NCBI RefSeq assembly: GCF_964213995.1
Contig: NC_135823.1
Location: forward strand, 37,386,001 to 37,450,000
Reading direction: 5' to 3'
From: Mustelus asterias
Taxonomy: Eukaryota
DNA: 64,000 nt
Below, one piece after another: positions 12,501 to 32,348 of the stretch (the stretch's first letter is position 1; every line of letters begins with the position of its first letter). The notes below the pieces were generated by a model. It was given only the letters and a program-made list of their open reading frames with translations. It searched no databases and was not told where the DNA came from. The translations under genes and the position numbers were made by a program.

Positions 12501-15500
12501 AACAGCCGAAAAATGGGAGAACGTCACCAACATGCATGCACAGACACAACTCTTCTCTCATTTAGAACAGACATGTCAGCCTTTTTTCAGATGCTGACCA
12601 AGCTGCTATGGTACATTCCTTTTTTTCTATTATGAAGTCAAAGCAGCATATTATTCAACAAGTTACTAGAGCAGGAACAGGAGAAGGCCATTCAGCCATC
12701 AACGTTGTTCCACTATTCAATTAGGTTATAGTGTTTCTGCATCATAATTGCCACTCGCCCAAGTTCCCTATTGTTCTTGTTTTACAAAAATCTATTGATT
12801 CTAGTTTTGAAATTTTTAAATTTATCCCCAAGCTCTCAGCTTTTATTCGGGTGTTGAAATAGACCTCCTGATTTTCACTACCCTTTATGTGAAGAAGTGC
12901 TTGGTGATATCACCGCTGAATGGCCTGATTTCCCCTGTTCTGGATTTTCCCACCCAAGGAAACAGTCTATCTACCTCATCAAATCCTTCAATTACCTTAA
13001 AACATCTCAATAATATCACCTTTTAATCTTCTCTACTCACAGGGAATATAACCTGACCTCATACATAATTCAACCCTTTTAGATTCTGCACTGTACATTT
13101 TCCAAAATATACCAAATGCAGCACTGCAGACATTGTTTAACTGATGAAAACTAGCTTAAATACTATAACTAAATACTATAACTATACTATACTAGAATGA
13201 ACCTTATACTGAAATCATTAATTCTGCTTGTAATACACCCTGGGTAAAAGTGATAAAGGTAACTTGATGAGAAACTGTGATTTGGGCCTCCACTGACACC
13301 AGACAAAATGTAAACTTCAAATTGACTTTCTTTCAAGCACTGGAACTGTCCAAGTTCAACTTTCGTTTCCACAGGGGTCGCATCTCTAATAGTGACAAAG
13401 TCAGTGGAGAGCTGCAGCTCAGCCTGCTTATTACAGGCCAATCTGCATACAGTCTGCATATAATGTGCAAAACACTTGTACTGCGTGGGTATGGTTTATA
13501 CATAGCTTATGCAATTAAGCTCTGCGAACAGCATAAAAAGAAACTACGATGTACTGTTTGTCCAACCTCTTAAAATACATTAGTTTATAAAGGTAAATGT
13601 TGGGCAATTAAAAATAAAGCAAATGTACTTTGATTGGAATGTTAAGATCTTCTGCTTTTGGAATAACTGAGCCATCTTACTTTGTGGGTGGTGTTCCTCA
13701 AGGCTTTCTGTAGCTTGTTTAATGTCCTGTAAATGTGGACTTTCACAGTGCCCTGTATCCCAATCCTCCGTCTCTACCTGAGTCTCCACAGTACAGTCAA
13801 ACATATTGTGCTGGGAAGGAAGTGACTTCCTCAATGATTCTGCTTTTAACTTCTCTTTAAGTTGACCATATTCTTCATTGGGGAGTTCAAAATCATGGAC
13901 CTCCAGGCTGTGAAACAGCCTTTTGATAACAGGCCTTTTAACCCAGAGTAATGGTTCTGAGCATGTCAGCGTCCCATCATCAAGTCTAGTGGCGAGTTTC
14001 CTGGAGCTTGCACGTGTTCTACGATAACTGTTACCTATGGAAAATACACAAATCTTATTACATCAGCAATCTCAAATACACAGTAAGTCTTTGCTCAACG
14101 TCAACTCACTTAACATTGTTTCACTTTAACATTGTTCAAAAGGTAGACTTACTTGAGGGGGACAGATTCACCTCAACGTGGCTTGCCACAGACATCCTCT
14201 TCTATGGCCTGTCTACTCATGACTTTCTCCCCAGTGCTTCCACCCTGGCCCTCAATCCCTCTTCCTCCCAGCCTTATCTCTCCACCACCTTTCTGACTCC
14301 CGACCTTGTTTCCGTCCATACCCCACCTCCCCAGTTGCCTCCCCCTCCCTACCCCACCTCCACCAACCATCACTTCACTCCGGCACCTGTTCTTGTGAGA
14401 GTCCTTTGGGTCTGTTCTTCAGTGGTTCCCAACTCCTGAACTTGCATTAAGTCCTAGTCTCCATCTACTGGTAGAGGTTGGTCAGTTTAGGTAGCTGCTA
14501 ACTGCACCAACCAACCTGTACCACTAGATGGAGCCTGATCAACTCTAAATTTACTGTACCAAGGTGGGTATAGCACTGTAATGTTTAGAAGTAATTTAAT
14601 TTTGTATATATTTTTTTACATTTAATGATGTATTTTATTTTGCAAGTTATTTCAGCCAGGAATGCACAGTGCTGCACATGTATGGTACATAGTTTCAACT
14701 TGTTCATTTTTGTTCCCCAGGCGAGGAATGTCCAAAGGAACCTAACTCCGAGTTTTAACACTGATTCCAATATCTGATACACCTTTCACTTAACATGACA
14801 ATTTTCAGGAAAGCAACCACAACTTTAAGTGAGGGTGCACTGCCTATGGAGATTGACAGGCAGGGAAAGACCAGCTGGCCCACCAAGCCTGCCCTGGTAT
14901 CACAGTTTAACTATTTTGTGCCTTCCACAGTTATGGAAGAAGTTGGACAAATTATTGAATAGGCAAAGTAAACATACAGGTCAGAGGGAGGCACTAATGC
15001 CCTTTTTAAATTTAATTATACTTGCAGGGCTGCTCATGAAGCATATGCTCATCTACAGTACTGCATTGAGGTCAGCACTTGCACAGAGATCTATTACAGA
15101 ACAGTATCTGATCATCTAAATTTTCCTCCTAGAATTTGCAAAAACTGTAAACAAACTTTTCACAATTGTTACGGTTCTTTAAAAGTCAGCACTTCTGATT
15201 TTTATTAGAAGAAACAGGCTTATTGCTCACTGATTGAAGAGAATACCAAAGGAAAACAACACAAGTACGTACGAGTTAGGTGCAGGCCATTTGGCTCCAA
15301 TCCTGCTCTGCCATTCCAGAAGATCATGGCTGATCTGAGAGTGGCCTCAACATCACTTTCTTTCCTAACCCCCTACACCTACCTGTCTCACCCGTACACC
15401 ATTCCCACCCTACGTCATACTCACCTTAACGTCAAGTAATAAATAGGATCCTCATAATTTGGGGGCTAATTAAATGACAATAATAGGACATGCTAACTCA

Positions 15501-18500
15501 TTAAATTACACCGCGAATCTGCCCAACGATAAATCAGTGCAATCTCTCTGCTCATCAGCCTCATCCCTTACAACAATGATTACTGCACTTCATAAAGTAC
15601 ATCTATTGGCTGAGAAGCATTTTGAGACCTCCAGAGATCATGAAAGGTGTAATAAAAATGCAAGTTCTTTCTTTCCTTCCCCTAAACATAAACTAATGTG
15701 CTGTACCCATTCTATAACGTCAGCACGCAAAAGAATCAAATCAGGAGATCAGCAGTCAAATTTATTAAAATTCAACAGTGCACTCAGCGCTCACCTTTTG
15801 AGAGCTTCACCCTCCTTCTGGGCTGAGACACTTGAGACAAATTGTCCTCTCCGTACGGGTCAGTCCCCCCCAATGGAAACAGCTGCATTGCAGCATTGAA
15901 ACTCTTCTTCACTGAGATGCGAAGAAAGGGATCTTGCTGTGTCTCTGGGACCATTTCCTGACTGTCGGTGTCACTGTTTAATCCAGAGTGATGTTCTGGC
16001 ACACCTGATGCAGACACCCCTTGTTCCGTTAATGAACAATTCGAGTCTTCTTTGAAAGGCCTTATTAAGACATAATTGTTCTGGCTTTTGATGGAGTTCT
16101 GTAGTGGTTCCACAATGTGTTTAGGTTTAACCCGAGTCAGATCGGAACTCTTGACATTAAAGCTAGTAATGTTTGAAAAATCATGACCACTCAGCTTATT
16201 TACAGTATTTCCAGACAGTTCATTAGTGTTGGGCACTGGCTGACAGAAATTATTTTCATTTTCCTTGCTTTTTCTCTCATTCTGAATGTCAGAAGCCGCA
16301 ACACTTTGAACACCAGGAATTGTGCGATTATTTAACGTCCGATCTGCATCTTTAAACAACTTGGTATCAGTGAGTTTGGATTTTATAGATCTCCCTTGAT
16401 CTCTTTTTCTCCCTTTCACTTGGTTTGATTTGATACTCTGAGAATCAACACCAATATTCCAGGAATACTGTGAATCATGCTGCGAAGAAGCTGCATTTGG
16501 TGCGGCAAAATCATCCTCCTGACTGTTAAAAAGTAATAACGTGTCATTGATCTCTCCCTCAGCCTTGGAGAGGCCCTTTACAGGACCGCCCTGGTCAACT
16601 GTGGACTTCCTAGATCTCCCTCTGCCACCACTTCTGCACTTTCCCAAGTGGCTGTGAATCACTGCGTCCAGGTCCACCCGTCGCTGACAGCTGGTCATGC
16701 GCCGAGTTGTCCGCACATAATACTCAACAGGGAAGAGAAGACCCTCAACAAGGGTACAAGAGTTCAGTGGGCTGTCTCCTGGGGCTTCATGTTCAGCAGT
16801 ACTTGCCTGCAGCTGATCTGGTTCTAATGCTAATACCTCACTTGTCAGATTACTCTCGGAGGCTTCAATGAGATCCTCAGAGCAGTTTAGCTTTGCTTGC
16901 TGTGGCTGGGTAGCTTCAGTCATTGCCTCTGGGTCCCTTGAGCCAAAAGCTTCATTTTCACACACAGACACTGTTGCAGACTTGTCACCAGGACTGCAGC
17001 AAACTGTGTCATTCATAGTTTTGCCCAAGGGCGAGCTCAAATGATTACCTTCTACCTCTTGTGCTCCATTTTTTAATGGCATGGAGTCTTCTTTGCCTTG
17101 AGAACCATGGAATACTTTATGTTGTACATTCTCCTTTATATCTCTACCTAGTGACTCGGAGACATTGTTGTCTCTGGTAAAGATGGAAGATCTTGCATTC
17201 TGTTCATTAACAGCTGAATCCAGCTCTTCCATTTCTTTAACGCAGGATTCTTCATAACTCACCAGAGATGCATTCAGTTCACTGGCTGCTTCACACACCT
17301 TCCTTTTCAGTATTTCACTTGATCTTTTTTTCTTTAATTTCAGACGACTCAGAACTCGACAGTCTGTCTTTGTAACATGGTCTGTTTCCACAACTGGAGA
17401 AAAAGTGGGTTCTGCTGAAGGGTCTTCAACAGTTTCACACGTATCTGTCAAAGCCACATTTGGGCCACCAATGGAGTCTATGGTTTCCGGCTCAAGGTTA
17501 AAGGTCACTGTTGATATTTTCTCGTTGCTTTCTGGGACTCGGCTTCTCTGATACAAAGAGCTTGACGGATGCGTATCCAAAAGTGGTAAGGACTCATCTT
17601 TGAAAAAAAGAGATTCAAGAAACATACATTAGGTCCTGAATTTCTTTTCCTTGCGGGAGAGGAGAAGGGGAAGGAAGCAAAGACAGCTGCACAATCTGAA
17701 TATTAAGGTAAGCAGGGATAAAAGTTTTTTTAAAAATTGGTGCAACAACTCTAAGTTATCCAACAGGAAGAACAAACTCAAGACGTTGAATGGTTTCCTC
17801 CTATTCCTAATCAGCATGGAAGCACAGTGTGTGGGTGACAAGCTAAGGTACAGCACATCAGCAGACAACTCATATCAGTGCTGATCACAAAATTACACTG
17901 GTGACAATGGAGAAGCAAGTCAACTCCCAACTGTCATTTGCACAGAATGCAGGGGTAGCCCAGTGACATGTCACTTTAAAGTTTCCATCTGTTGTAGGGA
18001 AGTCTGTTACTGAGGTCAGTATGATCGAGAACAAGTCAACTGAAAGCCTAAACCATTCTAATGTTTAAAATTATTTGCTGAAAACTTACCAGTTGTCTGC
18101 TGGGTCGTGCTTTGCTCTTCCAGCAGCTGATTCTGGTGTGTGATGGTGTTTTTAACATGATTCCGTACATGCTCAGCTTTCTGTGCACGCTAGTGACAGA
18201 AAATAAGATTATCAGAATTGCCAACGTAAAGTCAGTAAGAGGGTAGCCTCAATTATAAATTCAAGTTCTTTAGTGGGGCTTGAACCAACTGCCTTCCAAC
18301 TCAGAAGCAAGTGTCATACCAACTGGCTTAAGCTGATATTTGAGCTCAGTTTGGTAAAATCAATACCGTAGGATTATTCAGGAGTTCAAATACAATTTGA
18401 CCAACTAAAATCACACAGAGTGCTACACCCATGACCTAATGTGTCATGCCATTTGTGATGTGGTAATGTTAATTAAATATCAGATTATCTCAGCGGATGG

Positions 18501-19562
18501 ATTTCTCCCAACAGTTTCCACCAATAGTCAAGATTGTCATCGGAAATGTCAAAATTATACAATAGGTATAATCCGGACCAATACTTTACCATTGGGACAT
18601 TACCTTTTTGATATGCTATCTTTTCAATGTGTCTTTAAACCAAGGCCCCATCTATCTGCTCAGGTGGACTTAAATGGTGCAATGGCATTATTGGATGAGG
18701 CACAGGAAAACACTTCTGTTCTGACCAACATCAAAACTAGACAATTGCTTAGTCATCGCACTTTCCTTGCAGTGCATTGATTGGCTGCCAACATAATCAC
18801 AGTGACTGAACTTCAAATGAAAGGTTAGTATTTGAGTAGTAGGACCAGTCAGAATAAAGAACATCCCAAAAAGAAACATCAACCTCTGTGCTTATTCCAA
18901 AGCTGATTACACTACCTTCCATTTTCATCTATTTTTATTTCAGGTTTCTATCATTATTCTTTTGATTCTTTAATGGCAGCACAGTAGCACAGTGGTCAGC
19001 ATTGCTGCCTCATAGCGCCAGGGACCCAGGTTCAATTCCAGCCTTGGGTGACGGTGTGCATGTGGAGTTTGCACGTTCTCCACATGTCTGTGTGGGTTTC
19101 CTCTGGGTGATCAGATTTCCATCCACAGTCCAAAGACATTCACCTTCTGCTGTCCTGGTAGTTGCCTGATACAACAGCAATGGGATCACTGACTAATCAT
19201 AGCCATCTATTTCTATCAATTAGTCTACAACAGACCAAGATATGAGGCAAGGAAATCATTATCGATGGAGAATTTTGGGAACCAAAGGCTCAAGTTCATC
19301 TGATTTGTCAGGTTACACTCACCAGCTCCCAAATAAATGTGACATGTTGTAACAAGGGGTCAGTACCTGTAATTTATAGACTGTCTTTACATATTCTTTC
19401 TTCAGCAAGGCCAATCTTTCTTTGAGCTGGAGATGAAATAAATAATTAACGAATTCAGTTAACATGTGTTTTTTGCTGCGAATGAGAAGTTGACGGTGTT
19501 GACTCTGCTTTTACCTGCTGCCTGGTTTCCCAACTCAGGGGTTTCCTCACACTGCTCTCCAT
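301..19562 (-). CDS. PALB2: Partner and localizer of BRCA2, complete spliced CDS (14 coding exons, 3981 nt, 1326 aa)
   Basis: complement(join(301..529,949..1106,2296..2383,4114..4230,6466..6624,7884..7969,9197..9358,9840..9923,11396..11928,13681..14034,15795..17597,18090..18189,19367..19426,19515..19562)). All introns GT-AG with matching phases. Coiled coil [23 protein letters not shown], ChAM motif [20 protein letters not shown]15-binding DFELP and C-terminal WD40 exons are present. Head-to-head with DCTN5 as in human. Confidence 0.95.
949..1106 (-). CDS. PALB2: PALB2 exon 13 (158 nt, WD40)
   Basis: GILFLLLSH...[19 protein letters not shown]; TAG acceptor, GTAAG donor. Confidence 0.93.
2296..2383 (-). 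CDS. PALB2: PALB2 exon 12 (88 nt, WD40)
   Basis: [29 protein letters not shown]; TAG acceptor, GTAAG donor. Confidence 0.95.
2551..3231 (+). mobile_element. CR1 (HER1-like) LINE, 5'-truncated 3' end
   Basis: ORF 2582..3148 with [19 protein letters not shown]...[18 protein letters not shown]...[14 protein letters not shown], followed by a (TTCTATG)n tail. Confidence 0.93.
3628..3960 (-). mobile_element. Degenerate Penelope-like element 3' end (same family as 60555-62245)
   Basis: Minus strand encodes [13 protein letters not shown] and ends in GTCCTGATGAGTGTAAGATAGAAAGCTT, matching 62198-62226. Confidence 0.65.
4114..4230 (-). CDS. PALB2: PALB2 exon 11 (117 nt, WD40)
   Basis: [33 protein letters not shown]; TAG acceptor, GTAAG donor. 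Confidence 0.95.
4575..4830 (-). mobile_element. CR1 3' fragment, interrupted by a SINE
   Basis: CR1 3' UTR and C-terminal motif (RNFFS...V.NLWNSLP); continues briefly after 5130. Confidence 0.75.
4831..5129 (+). mobile_element. tRNA-derived V-SINE/HE1-like SINE, A-rich tail type
   Basis: A box GGTGGCACAGTGGTTAGC, B-box-like segment, V core GTGGGTTTCC...GGGTGCTCCGGTTTCCTCCCACAGTC, tail ...CCTACTTGTGACACTACTAAATAAAAAAAA. Confidence 0.85.
5210..5470 (+). mobile_element. Degenerate Penelope-like (Neptune-type) endonuclease C-terminus
   Basis: VACHFTS...MSVIG...[11 protein letters not shown]...NMEFNNF. Confidence 0.65.
5920..6109. mobile_element. Penelope pLTR-derived fold-back miniature element
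   Basis: TGATGTGG...GTTGGACTGGGG head, inverted arms, 12-bp TSD AAGCATTATTTA (5908-5919 / 6110-6121). Confidence 0.85.
6466..6624 (-). CDS. PALB2: PALB2 exon 10 (159 nt, WD40)
   Basis: [31 protein letters not shown]; AAG acceptor, GTCAG donor. Confidence 0.92.
7884..7969 (-). CDS. PALB2: PALB2 exon 9 (86 nt, WD40)
   Basis: [28 protein letters not shown]; CAG acceptor, GTAAG donor. Confidence 0.95.
9197..9358 (-). CDS. PALB2: PALB2 exon 8 (162 nt, WD40)
   Basis: [15 protein letters not shown]...[12 protein letters not shown]...IHTWAFDK. Confidence 0.93.
9840..9923 (-). CDS. PALB2: PALB2 exon 7 (84 nt)
   Basis: [28 protein letters not shown]; TAG acceptor, GTTAGT donor. Confidence 0.85.
10199..10891 (-). 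mobile_element. CR1 LINE 3' end
   Basis: ORFs 10575..10880 and 10298..10570 (frameshifted RT C-terminus) plus a short-repeat tail. Confidence 0.92.
11065..11240. mobile_element. Penelope pLTR-derived fold-back miniature element
   Basis: Same head and inverted arms; 14-bp TSD CTCAGTAGAGTGGC (11051-11064 / 11241-11254). Confidence 0.85.
11396..11928 (-). CDS. PALB2: PALB2 exon 6 (533 nt)
   Basis: ORF 11390..11923 ([11 protein letters not shown]). TAG acceptor phase 1, GTATG donor phase 0. Confidence 0.88.
11960..12480. mobile_element. Two LINE 3'-end fragments (CR1/L2 group) tail-to-tail: 11960-12175 (+) and ~12245-12480 (-)
   Basis: [19 protein letters not shown]...LHQFK plus tail TAAATGCTGGCC...CCCACATC...AATGAATAAAA; reverse-complement copy downstream. 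Confidence 0.65.
12668..13130 (-). mobile_element. Degenerate CR1 3' fragment
   Basis: GCAGGA...AGGCCATTCAGCC tail and decayed RT C-terminal motifs. Confidence 0.6.
13681..14034 (-). CDS. PALB2: PALB2 exon 5 (354 nt, MRG15-binding FxLP motif)
   Basis: TAG acceptor, GTAAG donor; [21 protein letters not shown]. Confidence 0.9.
15795..17597 (-). CDS. PALB2: PALB2 exon 4 (1803 nt, contains ChAM)
   Basis: Core of the 613-aa ORF 15784..17625. [39 protein letters not shown]. Polypyrimidine plus AAG acceptor, GTGAG donor, phase 1/1. Confidence 0.93.
18090..18189 (-). CDS. PALB2: PALB2 exon 3 (100 nt)
   Basis: TAG acceptor, GTAAG donor; [19 protein letters not shown]... Confidence 0.93.
18975..19140 (+). 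mobile_element. V-SINE 5' half
   Basis: GGCAGCACAGTAGCACAGTGG...GGTTCAATTCC...GTGGAGTTTGCACGTTCTCC. Confidence 0.8.
19367..19426 (-). CDS. PALB2: PALB2 exon 2 (60 nt, coiled coil)
   Basis: CAG acceptor, GTACTG donor; [20 protein letters not shown]. Confidence 0.95.
19515..19562 (-). CDS. PALB2: PALB2 coding exon 1 (48 nt, [16 protein letters not shown])
   Basis: ATG at 19562-19560, donor GTAAA. Sixteen codons, resembling human MDEPPGKPLSCEEKEK. Confidence 0.88.
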
Positions 19563-20215
19563 TGTGAGTTGATGTTCCAGAGGGGGCAACTCTCACTCCG
19601 AGTGGTATTGAGGCAGTCACACCGACAGCCCCCTCTCCCAGCCACCCCCCTCTCACACACCCTCAGCCCCCTCACTCCCCCGGGTCTCCCTCTCCTTCAC
19701 ACCCTCAGCCCCCTCACTCCCCCGGGTCTCCCTCTCCCTCTCCCTCACACCCCCAGCCCCCTCACACCCCCGGGTCTCCCCTTCACACCGACAACCCTCC
19801 CACAGCCCCAGCTCTCACAACAAGCTCGGAGCACCGGGACAGACGGACTGCACGGCCCCCCCGCCAATTCTAACCAATCAGCTGACAAGTTTCCCGCCCC
19901 GCCCCCTCCTCCGCTCAGCCTATCGAAAGTCCGGTGACGTCACCTCTCGACGCGATTGGTCAGTCCCCGCGTCAATCATTAAAGGCTCCGCCTGCCCTGT
20001 CGCTGGAATATTAACTTTATGTCGGGCGGCAGCTTTCAGAGCGGGAGGGTGATGACGGTGACGGCGGCGGAAAAACTGCTTCAGTTTTACATTTTTAAAA
20101 AAATCTCCTGTTTTAATTCCCATTTTTCAGGTCGCGGCCGGTGGATCTGTCCCGGAAGCGCGCATTGTGTTTCCGGGTGAGAAGGGGAGCGGTCGCCCCG
20201 ACAACCGAATCCGGG
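19563..20215. promoter_or_regulatory. PALB2/DCTN5 bidirectional CpG-island promoter and 5' leaders
   Basis: 653 bp between divergent ATGs. CCAAT at 19864 and 19874, ATTGG 19955, E2F-type TTTCCCGC 19890-19897, GC box, CRE palindrome GGTGACGTCACC 19933-19944, GGCGGAAA ~20066, ETS CCGGAAG 20152-20158. Confidence 0.85.
19650..19790. repeat. ~42-48 bp C-rich tandem repeat, 3 copies
   Basis: CACACCCTCAGCCCCCTCACTCCCCCGGGTCTCCC repeated three times. Confidence 0.85.
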
Positions 20216-31577
<11,362 letters not shown>

Positions 31578-31824
31578 GATGGGCCTTTTCTCCAGAGCAC
31601 TACAAGTACAGGTACAGTGACCAGAAGGAATCTGCATTAATGAACCCTCTTAAACTTGCAAATTCCTGGGGTGCATAATGAGAGCAAGATCAGAGTTTAA
31701 TGTTTAAGCTGCCCTTGTTTCACTTCAACCCTATTGGGCCCATTGGCCTCCAGGGTAGATTTAGGATATGGCTGGTTTTATCTTCATATCCCAAGAATTG
31801 TTAGCAAGCAGGTGGCATGTTGGT

Positions 31825-32235
31825 ATGACTCAGTTAGTCAGTAACACAGATCCCACTGGCTCAGAAGGGTTCCAATACACTAGGACTTGAACAGATCATC
31901 ACGGCTAGTGCTGTGCTTCAGTGTTGAGGGCATGCTACGTTGTCAGAGATGCCATCTTCCAGATGAGACATTAAACCAAGATCCCAATCTTCATGTTCAA
32001 GGTCCCAGATCTCATGGCATGATATGTAAAAATGTAAGAAATGTCACCATGTCCTGACCAACATTTTTCCCTCAACGACAAACTCCAACAACACATTAAC
32101 TGGTCATTAATAAAGTATCTGTCTGGGATCTTATTATATGCAAAATTGTTATATAGTATTTCACATAACACTGCATAGTAATGCACTGTAAGGCATTTTG
32201 GGAAATTCATGATCAAGTGCTATATAAATGCATGC
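31825..32235 (+). mobile_element. Deu-domain SINE just downstream of the DCTN5 stop
   Basis: GAGATGCCATCTTCCAGATGAGACATTAAACC..., tail GTGCTATATAAATGCA. Confidence 0.68.
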
Positions 32236-32348
32236 CTCTGCTCAAGTGCCTAGTGAACTAGTCCTCTCACACCCATCCGCACACGCACCATTTCCAACCC
32301 ATCCCACTACACACTAATTTCCTGAATTTGAACAAGTATTTACTTTTA

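Noticed and set aside
17598-17625. ATG at 17625 as the start of a stand-alone 613-aa gene
   Set aside because: It lies in the acceptor region of intron 3; the ORF is PALB2 exon 4.
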